Below are positions 28,545-38,056 of a stretch of 64,000 nucleotides of DNA, in pieces. Source of the DNA: Candidatus Levyibacteriota bacterium (GTDB lineage Bacteria > Patescibacteriota > Microgenomatia > Levybacterales > UBA12049). The notes beneath the pieces were generated by a model, which saw only the letters and a program-made list of their open reading frames with translations, searched no databases and was not told the origin of the DNA. Each line of letters starts with the position of its first letter. The first letter of the stretch is position 1. The translations under genes were made by a program, and so were the position numbers. The stretch is taken from positions 2,820 through 66,819 of the forward strand of contig PJMG01000006.1 in the NCBI GenBank assembly GCA_003173895.1. The letters are read 5' to 3'.

Positions 28545-29873
28545 ATGATTCAAACACACTTAACTATACTTTCTTTTATTTCAATTGCCATCATCTTAAC
28601 AGTTTATGCATTTTTAATTACGGAGAAACTAAATAAAGTTATTGTTTCTATCTTAGGCGCTACACTTTTAATCATTCTACAAGTTTTTAAAACAGCTTCT
28701 GATACTTCCCAAAATGGAGGTTTTGCATTCATAGGTAAAAATTTAGATGTTTTATTTTTCGTCATTGGCATGATGATTTTAGTAGGAATAGTTAAAGAAT
28801 CAGGTTTTTTCGAAAGTATAGCTATTTGGCTGGCTAAAAAAGTTAAAGGTAATCCTACTCTTCTTTTAGTGGCTATTTCTTATTTAACTTTCTTCATGAC
28901 TGTATTTTTATCTAATATCCCAACTATTTTAATCATGTTACCAGTACTTTTAATCCTAATTAAAGAGTTAAAACTGCCTGCACTCCCCTATTTAATCTCA
29001 GTTATTACTATGGGTAATATCGCTGGCGCAGCTACACCATTTTCAGATCCTACTACATATTATCAATCTAAAACCGTAGGCTTATCTTTCATAGAAGTTA
29101 TTAGTAATTCTGGTTTTATAGCTTTAGTTCTCTCTGTAGCTTCTGTAAGCTATATAAGTTTTGTTTTTAGAAAACAATTAGCAGCGGTTAAAGTGAATCC
29201 AAAAGATGTAGCTTTATTTGATCCTAAAGCAGCTATAAAAGATAAAAAAATCTTAAAATTTGGTCTTCCTTTATTAGCTATTTCTATACTTCTTATGATT
29301 ATGAAAGATACTATAGCTTCTTTAACCGGAATAACTTTAGATAATGCTACAGTTGTTTTAACTGCGGCTTTCGTAGCAATGCTTATTTTCAACAAATCAC
29401 CTAAAGATATTTTTACCAATATAGTTGATTTTGAGATTATTTTCTTCTTTATGGGACTTTTTATCGTCGTTGGTTCATTACAACAAACAGGAGTTGTTCA
29501 AGCTTTGGCTGCAGGATTAGTCGCTCTTTCCCATCGTAACGATGTGATCCTGCAGCTATTAATAACTTCTGGATCTGGCGTTTTATCTATGTTTATAGAT
29601 AACGTACCTTATAACATTACTATGGTTAGCGCTATCCAAGCTATGGGAAAAATTGGAATTACCATTTATCCTCTCTGGTGGGCACTTAATCTCGGAACAT
29701 CTTTAGGTGGAGCTGGATCTCCTATAGGTGCAGCATGTAATGTAGTAGCTTTAGGTCTAGCTGATAAAGAAAAAATTCATATCAAATTTGGAAAATACTT
29801 ATTAGTTGGCTTCCCCTTAGTTCTTATCAATAGTTTAATTACATTTTTAATTATCTGGCTTCGCTATCACTAA
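28545..29873 (+). CDS. ArsB/NhaD-superfamily (SLC13/citrate-transporter-like) permease
   Basis: 442 aa polytopic; MFIDNVPYNITMV and LGGAGSPIGAACNV motifs; in an operon with the CBS and TrkH-like genes. Confidence 0.7.
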   Translation: MIQTHLTILSFISIAIILTVYAFLITEKLNKVIVSILGATLLIILQVFKTASDTSQNGGFAFIGKNLDVLFFVIGMMILVGIVKESGFFESIAIWLAKKVKGNPTLLLVAISYLTFFMTVFLSNIPTILIMLPVLLILIKELKLPALPYLISVITMGNIAGAATPFSDPTTYYQSKTVGLSFIEVISNSGFIALVLSVASVSYISFVFRKQLAAVKVNPKDVALFDPKAAIKDKKILKFGLPLLAISILLMIMKDTIASLTGITLDNATVVLTAAFVAMLIFNKSPKDIFTNIVDFEIIFFFMGLFIVVGSLQQTGVVQALAAGLVALSHRNDVILQLLITSGSGVLSMFIDNVPYNITMVSAIQAMGKIGITIYPLWWALNLGTSLGGAGSPIGAACNVVALGLADKEKIHIKFGKYLLVGFPLVLINSLITFLIIWLRYH

Positions 29874-29874
29874 T

Positions 29875-31476
29875 ATGGCAAATAAAATTTTTAAAAACTT
29901 TTTTGATATTTTATCTCATTTTTCAGCAACTCAATTGTCAGTTATTTCATTTTTACTTATGTCTTTAATTGGTGGACTTTTAATTTGGTCTACTGAAAGA
30001 AATCGCATAGTTACAGAAGAAGTACCTGCTGCTCAAAAAGTTATCGTTTATCAAAAAGTAAATAATAATTTAGTTACTAATCCACAGGAACAAATTTATA
30101 CTTTTACTAAACCTCAAAAACAAAAAGGGGAAAATTTCATTGATACACTTTTTACAGCTGTTTCTGCTCTTTGCGTTACTGGGCTTAATTCAACTGATTT
30201 TTCTAGATTTACCATCTATGGACAGATTATAACTATGATTTTAATTCAAATGGGAGGTCTGGGAATCATTCTTTTTACCTCTATTTTCGCTATGAGCGTG
30301 GCTAGGGGTTTATCAGAACATGCTAATTTTAGGAAACTCATGTCAGGAATCTTAGATACCAATGAAAATTCTGTTCGAGATATGATTAAGCATGTAGTCA
30401 TTTATACATTTTTATTTGAAGGGCTGGCTACTCTGATAATGGGGTTACATTTACAATTTTCTAACGCTGGCAAACTATTAAATGGTATAAATCCCTGGTG
30501 GTGGTCACTATTTCACTCAGTCTCTGCTTTTAATAACGCCGGATTTGGTTTATTAAATAATAATTTATCTAGCTTTGTAACAGATCCTGTTATTAACTTA
30601 ACTATAGCTGGTCTTATCATTTTAGGAGGACTTGGTTATCCTGTTTTAATAGGTATTCATGTTTTTATGCGCGGCAAACTTATTCGTAAAAAAGATCGCG
30701 AACAAAAGAAATTAATCGCTGATATGCAGTCCGTTTCTGCTTCATCTGTTCAAATTCGGGTAGCACTTGTGGGAACGGTTTTGTTATTAGCTCTAGGTAC
30801 TATATTCCCACTTTTGGAAGAATCACATAAAGCATTACTTAGTCACTATACTCTCTCTCAACAGATCTTAATTACTTTTTTCCAAAGCGTTTCTACTCGT
30901 ACAGCTGGATTTAATACTATTGATATAGGATTATTAGGTATTGCTACTCTCTTTTTATACATACTTTTAATGTACATTGGTACTAATCCTGCCGGTACAG
31001 GTGGAGGTATAAAAATACCAACTGTAGCTGTGCTGTATGGATATTTAAAAGATTGGTTCTCTAAACCTGGTCAACCTATAAAATTACTCGGGAAAAATGT
31101 TAGTAAATTCGCAGTTTCTCACGCGATTAGATTATTCTTCTTAAGTATCATAACTATTTCTATAATTACGTTTACAATTTGTTTTATCGAAGGCAAATGG
31201 CTTATTACACCAGATCCACTTTTCAGTTTTATGAAAATATTATTTGAAGTAGTTTCTGCTTTTGGTACAGTAGGTCTTTCTATGGGCTTCCCTGGAGGAG
31301 TAGCCAGTTTTTCAGCGATTTTAAGCCCTGTTTCTAAACTTTTAATTATTATTACTATGCTTATAGGTCGACTAGGACCACTTACTATTTTAGCTTCACT
31401 TCCTTGGAAAAAAGAGCCAAGTGAAAAAGAATTAAGTCCAGATTTCCCCGACGCTCAGAGGATACAGATTGGATAA
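29875..31476 (+). CDS. TrkH/KtrB-family potassium transporter
   Basis: selectivity-filter-like motifs CVTGLNS, NNAGFGL, RTAGFNT, GTNPAGTGGGIKIPT, AFGTVGLSMG. Confidence 0.8.
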   Translation: MANKIFKNFFDILSHFSATQLSVISFLLMSLIGGLLIWSTERNRIVTEEVPAAQKVIVYQKVNNNLVTNPQEQIYTFTKPQKQKGENFIDTLFTAVSALCVTGLNSTDFSRFTIYGQIITMILIQMGGLGIILFTSIFAMSVARGLSEHANFRKLMSGILDTNENSVRDMIKHVVIYTFLFEGLATLIMGLHLQFSNAGKLLNGINPWWWSLFHSVSAFNNAGFGLLNNNLSSFVTDPVINLTIAGLIILGGLGYPVLIGIHVFMRGKLIRKKDREQKKLIADMQSVSASSVQIRVALVGTVLLLALGTIFPLLEESHKALLSHYTLSQQILITFFQSVSTRTAGFNTIDIGLLGIATLFLYILLMYIGTNPAGTGGGIKIPTVAVLYGYLKDWFSKPGQPIKLLGKNVSKFAVSHAIRLFFLSIITISIITFTICFIEGKWLITPDPLFSFMKILFEVVSAFGTVGLSMGFPGGVASFSAILSPVSKLLIIITMLIGRLGPLTILASLPWKKEPSEKELSPDFPDAQRIQIG

Positions 31477-31480
31477 ATAA

Positions 31481-31975
31481 TTATTCTGTAAGTGCAAAAA
31501 ATTCTATATTATAGGGAAAACCCTCAAAATCTGCTTGTTGTTCAAGATCTTTATTATATGTAATTATAAGTTTTTGCGTTTGTATTTTCCCACTTTTAAG
31601 AAATTTTACAATAGGGATTTCTTCTAGATTATTCTCTCTTTCTATAATCACTTGACCTTTTTTCTTAGCAATACTAAAATATCTTTTTTTTAAAAACCTA
31701 ACTGTATCATCATGATCAATTTCTCCCACTACAGGCTGATTACTTCCTACTTTTTCTACAAATGCTTCTAATAAACTTTTCCCAAGATTTTTTCTTCTTA
31801 AGTTTGAATCTACTATTACATGATCTAAACGCCAATGATCTTCTTCCCACAAATAGTTAAGTTCACCTAGAGATTTCTCTCCTTTAAGAACTCTCAATGT
31901 ATCATAATCTCTTATTTCACTTCCAAGCATTTCTTGTGTACCTGGAATATAATCAATTTTTATATCTGGTGACAT
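31481..31975 (-). CDS. GNAT-like acetyltransferase (weak)
   Basis: VDSNLRRKNLGKSLLEAF resembles GNAT motif A; start moved to ATG 31975 because the track N-terminus overlaps terminator 31992-32027; TGATACAAT extended -10 lies 8 nt upstream. Confidence 0.45.
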   Translation of the reverse strand: MSPDIKIDYIPGTQEMLGSEIRDYDTLRVLKGEKSLGELNYLWEEDHWRLDHVIVDSNLRRKNLGKSLLEAFVEKVGSNQPVVGEIDHDDTVRFLKKRYFSIAKKKGQVIIERENNLEEIPIVKFLKSGKIQTQKLIITYNKDLEQQADFEGFPYNIEFFALTE

Positions 31976-31991
31976 ATTCACACATTGTATC

Positions 31992-32027
31992 AAAAACACA
32001 CAATCTTTTTCTCGACTGTGTGTTTTT
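31992..32027 (-). terminator. intrinsic terminator of the DUF1059-like gene
   Basis: perfect 11-bp arms AAAAACACACA / TGTGTGTTTTT with a 14-nt loop; T-run on the minus-strand reading; 20 nt after the stop at 32048. Confidence 0.6.
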
Positions 32028-32047
32028 AAAAGATTTCTAACTATTAA

Positions 32048-32308
32048 TTACATCGCTGGTTGTTCCATAACTTCCTGAACATTTGCCTCCAGCATTTGAC
32101 TCATTTCTTCTTCAGATGGAACTGGTTGACCAGGATGCTTTTCTGTAAAATGTTTAGTTCCCATATCACCTTTCATCATATCCTTAAATTTCATGATGGC
32201 TTCTTCACGAGTGGCTGCGTCCATAGTCATTTTATCTCCACAAGTACATGTAAATTCAAATTTCTTCATTTTTAGTCCGTTAGATAATTTCATATCTAAT
32301 GGATTCAA
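32048..32308 (-). CDS. DUF1059-like small protein
   Basis: MKKFEFTCTCGDKMTMDAATREEAIMKFKDMM..; AGGAGGTGA lies at 32309-32317, so the exact start (TTG 32308, ATG 32293 or 32269) is uncertain. Confidence 0.5.
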   Translation of the reverse strand: MNPLDMKLSNGLKMKKFEFTCTCGDKMTMDAATREEAIMKFKDMMKGDMGTKHFTEKHPGQPVPSEEEMSQMLEANVQEVMEQPAM

Positions 32309-32377
32309 TCACCTCCTCTCTTCTTACATTAAGCATTAAAAAATGTACTAAGTCAAGTAATAAATAGGTAATTATTC

Positions 32378-32462
32378 GTCGTCGCGAGCGACTATAAGGA
32401 GCGTGGCCATCTTAATAGGATTATATGAGATTGCTTTGTAATTTTATGATCTCGCAATGAAG
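32378..32462. repeat. pair of inverted hairpin-repeat units (CGCGAG/CTCGCA variant)
   Basis: GTCGTCGCGAGCGACTATAAGGAGCGTGGCCATC ... GAGATTGCTTTGTAATTTTATGATCTCGCAATGAAG; 28 nt downstream of the stop at 32490. Confidence 0.5.
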
Positions 32463-32489
32463 AAGATAAAATTTCGTATTTTACACTAT

Positions 32490-33347
32490 TTATTTTGGTA
32501 AAGATGGGTAGTTAATTTTGATATCATTTGCGGTAAAAAATAAACATTGCCTAGCTAGTGCATTAGCGAAAACTCCTGCTTTTTTAAACGATTTAGTTTT
32601 ATAAAAAGAGTAAGCAAAACCTGCTGAAAAAATATCTCCAGAACCCACAGAATCGATTATATCTTTTTCTAACACAATCTCTGTAGGAATATTTAATATT
32701 TTTTTATTATCCAAGATTGTTACTCCTTTTTCTCCTTTAGTAATCGCAGTAATTATGTTATATTTCTTCGACCAATCTTTAGATAAATTTTCAATATTTG
32801 GGTAATCTGCTTCGGATAAAATCATTAAATCAAATAAAGGTAATATTTCATTTGCTTCTTTAAACATTCTTTTTTCGACCATGTTTTTTTTATTAATAGT
32901 TCTAAAATATCCTTGTGGTAATAGAACTTTTAGAGCATTTTTAGGAATTTTTTTTATTAAACTTTCAATATAGTTCGTTGAGAAGTTAGGTAAGATTGGA
33001 GAGATAAAAAGTATCTCAGTTTCTCCTAAAATTTCTTCAATTTGTGAATTTATCTCAACTGGATAGGCATAAATTTCATTGAACACTTTTTGTGTTCGCA
33101 TATTATTTTTCGTAATGTTTTCATAAACTAAAGTCTTAGACATTTTTTGACTTAAATTATATAAGGACTCAGTTTTATAAACTCTTAAAAAATCTTCGCC
33201 ATAAGAGGCTATTATTTTTACTTTACAATCCAGCAATTGTTTAAAGATTTTATCCATGAAGATCGCAGGACTGCCAGCTGCGATATACGAAGAATTTTCA
33301 GATTCATTTTTATCTATATCCACATGTCCTACTATAGTTATGTTCAT
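32490..33347 (-). CDS. PfkB-family carbohydrate kinase
   Basis: C-terminal signature DSVGSGDIFSAGFAY; 285 aa. Confidence 0.7.
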   Translation of the reverse strand: MNITIVGHVDIDKNESENSSYIAAGSPAIFMDKIFKQLLDCKVKIIASYGEDFLRVYKTESLYNLSQKMSKTLVYENITKNNMRTQKVFNEIYAYPVEINSQIEEILGETEILFISPILPNFSTNYIESLIKKIPKNALKVLLPQGYFRTINKKNMVEKRMFKEANEILPLFDLMILSEADYPNIENLSKDWSKKYNIITAITKGEKGVTILDNKKILNIPTEIVLEKDIIDSVGSGDIFSAGFAYSFYKTKSFKKAGVFANALARQCLFFTANDIKINYPSLPK

Positions 33348-33405
33348 TTAAATAATATTATAGAATTATGAATTACGAATCAAGAAGTATAACTTTTGTT
33401 AAGGA

Positions 33406-33571
33406 GCAATTTGTCTTTTCAATTTTTGGTGAATTGGAATTTTCTCTTTAAATAAATTTAGAAGTTAAATTAAGTCTAGTGAGAAAATTCCACTAGTGAA
33501 GTCCGAAGATTTATTTAAAAATCTAAATCAACTTTCCCTGAACGCCACCAAAAATTGCGAAAGCAAACTGC
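33406..33571. repeat. 166-bp long-hairpin element (structured RNA or MITE)
   Basis: outer arms 33406-33431 / 33546-33571 (21/26 complementary); perfect inner 12-bp arms TGGAATTTTCTC (33435-33446) / GAGAAAATTCCA (33481-33492). Confidence 0.5.
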
Positions 33572-33589
33572 TATAACTTAATAAATAAA

Positions 33590-33609
33590 GATCCTTCGTT
33601 CCACTCAGG
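33590..33609. repeat. truncated unit of the hairpin repeat family
   Basis: GATCCTTCGTTCCACTCAGG, 22 nt downstream of the HK stop (33632). Confidence 0.45.
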
Positions 33610-33631
33610 CCATAGCTCTTGAGCCCCAGAC

Positions 33632-35086
33632 TCATAGAGATGATGAAACTGGGAGAGAAAAATAGAATGTAGAACCCTTACCTTCTGAACTTTCCACCCA
33701 CAGCTTACCTTTATGCAGTTTAATTATTTGACTAGAAATATATAAACCCAAACCTAATCCTGGATAAGTCTCATGACCTCGTACTTGATAAAATCGATCA
33801 AATATTTTCTTGTGAGCAATCTTAGGTATACCTATTCCAAAATCTTTCACATAAATTTCGATAGTATTTTTTTTAGGACGAGAACCGATAATAATATCTT
33901 TATCTGCTTTAGAATATTTAATAGCATTCGTAACTAAATTCGTAAGTACTTGTCTTATTCTTTCTTTATCAGCATACACATATAGTTTAGTATGCCAGTC
34001 TAATTTAAGCTTATGGAATGTGGTAGGTTGTAAGTCTTCTACTATTTCTTTCGCTAATTCTTTAACTAAGAACTTTTCCTTTTCTACTTTTAAACCACCT
34101 TTATAAAGTCTAGTAACGTCTAATAATTCTTTAACTAGATCTGTTAATTTATTTAGTTGAAGGTCAATTTTTTTAATTACTTTCTCTGATTCGGAATCCT
34201 GAGATTTTTGAAATCTCTTTTTCAAAATTTGCGCGAAAACAGTAGCAGATGTTAGAGGTGTTTTTAATTCATGAGAAGCCATATTAATAAAATCATCTTT
34301 TTTCTCCTCTAATTCTCTTTGAATAGTAATATCATTTATAATTTCTGCAGCAGCAATTATTTTTCCTTTCTTGTTAAGAATAGGAGCAGCACTAACTTGT
34401 AAAAATGTTTTTTTTCCATCTTTTTTTTGAATAGTTATGTTTTCGTTTTTTAATTTTTTCCCTTTTAATGCTGTTAATATAGGAGCTTGAGAAGCATTTA
34501 ATGGTTTATTATTAATTTCCGCATTTAAAAGTAATTCTTCACCATATATAAATTCTGTAGGAATTTTCATATCAATTATATTTTCCAGTTGTTTATTTTG
34601 GTGAATAACTTTACCAGTAGCATCGGAAATAATTATTCCTACTGGTAGTTGTTCTACAATAGTTTCCAACTGCTTTCTGCCATCTGCTTCTTTTTCGATT
34701 AAACTATCTACTGTTTGTTTTAATCCTCCAATTATCGCAGAAAGGCCAAAATATATTAACCCCAAATAAATGGTTGTTTCAACCCCAGCTATAAATTTTC
34801 CATTAGTATAACTTCTAGTTTCAATAATATATAAATAATATAAAATGGTTAAAGTACTAGTCGTAAAACCTCCTATTACTCCATTTCTAAGTGAGAAATA
34901 AATAATTAAGATTACATTAACAAAAATGATATAAGTTCCAACTATGTTAGGATCTTTTAAGATTTTATAAGATAAAAATTCCGATAAAATAAAAACAATA
35001 ATATTAAAGATAAGTGGAAAAAGAAAAGAATAATTTTTTTTACCCAGTTGCTTAATTGGATTTAAATAATCCAATATTTTTATCAT
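33632..35086 (-). CDS. sensor histidine kinase (multi-TM N-terminus, PAS, HisKA, HATPase_c)
   Basis: H-box MASHELKTPLTS; N box LTNLVTNAIKYS; G boxes DFGIGIP, GLGLGLYISSQIIKLHKGKLWVES. Confidence 0.9.
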   Translation of the reverse strand: MIKILDYLNPIKQLGKKNYSFLFPLIFNIIVFILSEFLSYKILKDPNIVGTYIIFVNVILIIYFSLRNGVIGGFTTSTLTILYYLYIIETRSYTNGKFIAGVETTIYLGLIYFGLSAIIGGLKQTVDSLIEKEADGRKQLETIVEQLPVGIIISDATGKVIHQNKQLENIIDMKIPTEFIYGEELLLNAEINNKPLNASQAPILTALKGKKLKNENITIQKKDGKKTFLQVSAAPILNKKGKIIAAAEIINDITIQRELEEKKDDFINMASHELKTPLTSATVFAQILKKRFQKSQDSESEKVIKKIDLQLNKLTDLVKELLDVTRLYKGGLKVEKEKFLVKELAKEIVEDLQPTTFHKLKLDWHTKLYVYADKERIRQVLTNLVTNAIKYSKADKDIIIGSRPKKNTIEIYVKDFGIGIPKIAHKKIFDRFYQVRGHETYPGLGLGLYISSQIIKLHKGKLWVESSEGKGSTFYFSLPVSSSL

Positions 35087-35136
35087 AAAATGTATTTTAC
35101 ACTTATATATATAAAAAATGTGTAAGATTAGTATTT

Positions 35137-36150
35137 CTAATTAACTACTTGACCTAAACTCCAATCGCTATCAAAGTCAGAATTTAAACTTTGTAAAATA
35201 TCTGCTTGTGAAATAATAATTCCCATTTCCCTATTTTGATCCATACTTTGAGTAGTTAAATTTACTGAGCCAATATAAGCTTTAGTGTTATCAATATCTA
35301 TCAATTTCGCATGAATGTAAGGTGATGAAACAGTTTCTACTTCAATTCCGGCATTTTTTAACTGATCCGCTGCATATTTATTAGTGCTAACTTTAGAAAA
35401 ACCAGCTAGAATTACTTTTATCTGAGTACTTTTAGCTTTTTGAGTTAATAAATTTATTATTTGTTTATCATCAATAACTTCTGTTTCTATATCTATAGTT
35501 TTAGCCGCAGAATTTAAAAGTGTAACTAACTTATCTCTAGAATTATCAGGGCTAACTACTAAATTAGAATCTGCGATATTTAAACTTTGACGTTGTGCAT
35601 CTGCATTAAAAATCTGATCAATGGTTTGTGCGTCTGTAGGATTATCATCCATAATGTCATACTCACGATTGGATTTAAAAGATGCTGCAGTTAAATTCTG
35701 ATTCATTATCCAAACTTCATTATTATCAATAACAATTGCCTTTTCATGAGTTAAAGCAAAACTGGGGTTTGTCCAATTTACTGGTATACCATCAGCAGTT
35801 AATTCTGACTTAGCTTTTTCATTTATATTTCCAGCACCAAAAGGATGCTGTTCTAATAAAACATGAACGATTATTCCCCGATCATGAGCAGCCTCAAGCG
35901 CAGAAATTATTTCTTTATCAGATAATAAATACATTTCTAAATCTATTTCTTTTTGCGCATTATTTATGGAATCAATAATAGGAGATCGTCCATCCATGGG
36001 TTGCTCAAAAAGTGTGAGATTATTTTCTGTACCTAAAACTTGAACTGAATGATTATTAAGATTTTGGTGATTAAAAACAAAATAGAGAGAATAAATAAAA
36101 AAACAGAGAACTAAAATTCCTAAATTCTTTTTAAGAAAAGAGCGCATCAA
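35137..36150 (-). CDS. phospholipase D-family protein (two HKD motifs), N-terminally anchored
   Basis: HEKAIVIDNNEVWIMNQNLT and HAKLIDIDNTKAYIGSVNLT. Confidence 0.85.
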   Translation of the reverse strand: MMRSFLKKNLGILVLCFFIYSLYFVFNHQNLNNHSVQVLGTENNLTLFEQPMDGRSPIIDSINNAQKEIDLEMYLLSDKEIISALEAAHDRGIIVHVLLEQHPFGAGNINEKAKSELTADGIPVNWTNPSFALTHEKAIVIDNNEVWIMNQNLTAASFKSNREYDIMDDNPTDAQTIDQIFNADAQRQSLNIADSNLVVSPDNSRDKLVTLLNSAAKTIDIETEVIDDKQIINLLTQKAKSTQIKVILAGFSKVSTNKYAADQLKNAGIEVETVSSPYIHAKLIDIDNTKAYIGSVNLTTQSMDQNREMGIIISQADILQSLNSDFDSDWSLGQVVN

Positions 36151-36263
36151 ATCAGTTTACTATGTTACCGACTTTAGTAACAAGTATTAAGAATTAACTC
36201 GGCACTTATCCCATAACCTCATGTAATGTGATATAATTAGGTTGTCCTGCCTGACTAAATCGC

Positions 36264-37136
36264 ATGAATGAATTTAATTTCGGGCAGTTTTTAAAAAAAT
36301 ACGGTAGTGAGAAAAAATGTTTGGATTACCTCATAAAACTTAAGTGTCCTGATGGTATTTACTGCAAACAATGTGAGAGGGTAAAAAAGTTTACAAAGAT
36401 TAGAACAAGAACTGTCTATCAATGCTCTTGTGGATATCAAGTAAGTCCACTAGTTGGAACAATCTTTGAAAAAAGTAGTACACCTTTAACTTACTGGTTT
36501 TACGCAATCTTCTTGATGTCTAATACCAGATCAGGCATATCAGCAAAACAGTTACAAAGAGAGCTTGGAGTAACTTACAAAACAGCCTGGAGGATGTTTA
36601 AACAAATAAGAATCTTGATGCAATACACGACAGATAAACTTAAAGGAACGATTGAAGTAGATGAAACTTATGTAGGAGGTAAAGGGTGGAATAGAAGATA
36701 TATTCCTAATTTTAATGAGAAACCGAAAGAAGTAGTTTTCGGGATGGTAGAAAGAAATGGGAATGCGAAGCTACTTCATTTACCAGGTAATGGTAGAAGA
36801 CAATTAGTCGAAGAAATTCAAAAAAACATAGATAAAGGCTCCTATATTATCAGTGATCAATATGCAGCATACAATTACGTAACAAAGATTGGTTATACCC
36901 ATGATTTTGTAACTCATCGAAAAGAGTATGTTAGTAAAAAAGATCCGAATGTTTACACACAAAATATCGAGAGCATCTGGTCTCACTTAAAGAGAGGAAT
37001 CTTTGGAGTTTATCGAAAGACTTCCAAGAAATACTTACAGAGTTACGTTAACGAATTTGCTTTTAGATATAACTATAGAAATCAAAATATGTTTGATATA
37101 TTGATTAAACAGTCAATTAATTCTAAAATTAAATAA
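36264..37136 (+). CDS. IS1595-family (ISXO2-like) DDE transposase with N-terminal zinc ribbon
   Basis: CPDGIYCKQCERV..YQCSCGYQVS zinc ribbon; VEVDETYVGGK; ISDQYAAYNYV; YTQNIESIWSHLKRGIFGVYRKTSKKYLQSYVNEFAFRYNYRN. Confidence 0.85.
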   Translation: MNEFNFGQFLKKYGSEKKCLDYLIKLKCPDGIYCKQCERVKKFTKIRTRTVYQCSCGYQVSPLVGTIFEKSSTPLTYWFYAIFLMSNTRSGISAKQLQRELGVTYKTAWRMFKQIRILMQYTTDKLKGTIEVDETYVGGKGWNRRYIPNFNEKPKEVVFGMVERNGNAKLLHLPGNGRRQLVEEIQKNIDKGSYIISDQYAAYNYVTKIGYTHDFVTHRKEYVSKKDPNVYTQNIESIWSHLKRGIFGVYRKTSKKYLQSYVNEFAFRYNYRNQNMFDILIKQSINSKIK

Positions 37137-37190
37137 ATATTCTTACTAATATATTATTTGATTATAAAAAATCAATTATAATATAAGTAT

Positions 37191-37442
37191 ATGATAACCA
37201 AAAAAGAAGATTCTGCAACAAATATTGATTTATCCATAACTAATGGTGATTTAGCTGCATTAAAAGAAGTTAAAAATAAATGGAAATTTAAAAATATTGA
37301 AGATATTTTACGTTTTGCTCTAGCAGTAATGAAAAAGTCTGAAAAGAATAAAATTTATGTAGATGAAAATGGAACTCAGGTAGGATACGTTCCTGCTGAC
37401 AGCATGATAGAAAAAGAAGAAAAACCTTCTCAATCTACTTAA
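37191..37442 (+). CDS. hypothetical protein (IS passenger)
   Basis: 83-aa ORF, TATAAT 8 nt upstream of the ATG. Confidence 0.4.
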   Translation: MITKKEDSATNIDLSITNGDLAALKEVKNKWKFKNIEDILRFALAVMKKSEKNKIYVDENGTQVGYVPADSMIEKEEKPSQST

Positions 37443-37454
37443 TATTATTCTAAT

Positions 37455-37823
37455 ATGACAAAAAACAAAAATGACGAGACATTTCCAACGGATGATTATC
37501 TTAAAAAGGATCAATATACTAAAGAATTTGAAGATTTAAATAAAAGAACAAAGTCACTAGAAGAAAGATTAGGAACTAATGAAAATCTTGCAAAAAGTTT
37601 TTGTGAAGCTGTTGATAGTCAATCTAAAATGAAAGACAGTATAACTGATCACATAGTAGAATTACTCGAAGAAAACCCAAAAGTCCAAGAAGCTCTCCAA
37701 AAACAAGTTAATAAAATAGATAGAAATGCTGTTATGAGTTTAATTAAAAAAATAGGCTTTGCTGGTTGGACTTTAATTATTGCTCTTCTAAGTGGTGGAT
37801 TAGTTTTTATAATTAAAAAATAA
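37455..37823 (+). CDS. tail-anchored hypothetical protein (IS passenger)
   Basis: 122 aa, helical/charged, with C-terminal TM GFAGWTLIIALLSGGLVFIIKK. Confidence 0.5.
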   Translation: MTKNKNDETFPTDDYLKKDQYTKEFEDLNKRTKSLEERLGTNENLAKSFCEAVDSQSKMKDSITDHIVELLEENPKVQEALQKQVNKIDRNAVMSLIKKIGFAGWTLIIALLSGGLVFIIKK

Positions 37824-37824
37824 A

Positions 37825-37941
37825 TTACTTTTTTTTATCAAATGGAGAATGTTTAATAGCCTCTTTAAGTATTAATTCAAATAAATTTTTATCAGCTTTT
37901 CTAGTAGTTTTCTTAAGCTTTTTCTTTTTTTTATTAGGCAT
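37825..37941 (-). CDS. unannotated 38-aa basic protein (below ORF-track cutoff)
   Basis: MPNKKKKKLKKTTRKADKNLFELILKEAIKHSPFDKKK; TTGTTC (37971-37976 rc)-N17-TACAGT (37948-37953 rc) lies 6 nt from the ATG. Confidence 0.4.
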   Translation of the reverse strand: MPNKKKKKLKKTTRKADKNLFELILKEAIKHSPFDKKK

Positions 37942-38020
37942 ACTAAAACTGTAGCACACCTTAACTTTTAGAACAATCTGTGGTTACATGAAGCTTGGGG
38001 ATAAGTGCCATTAACTCCGC

Positions 38021-38050
38021 TTGACAAAAGATAAATTTTAGGTCCATACT
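38021..38050 (+). promoter_or_regulatory. cupredoxin gene promoter, leaderless configuration
   Basis: TTGACA (38021-38026), 18-nt spacer, CATACT (38045-38050), 6 nt to ATG 38057; starts 7 nt outside the IS right end. Confidence 0.5.
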
Positions 38051-38056
38051 AATTTT

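Larger units (their letters stand above)
36194..38014 (+). mobile_element. IS1595-family element (~1.8 kb) carrying transposase plus three small passenger ORFs
   Basis: imperfect terminal inverted repeats: left 36194-36226 TTAACTCGGCACTTATCCCATAACCTCATGTAA; right 37984-38014 (rc TTAATGGCACTTATCCCCAAGCTTCATGTAA); perfect blocks GGCACTTATCCC and TCATGTAA. Confidence 0.6.

Noticed and set aside
33406-33571. 6S RNA
   Set aside because: Length and closing stem fit. The strand that would form the 5' side of the central bubble is only about 3 nt, and the internal stem is perfect, which is not the 6S open-promoter mimic.
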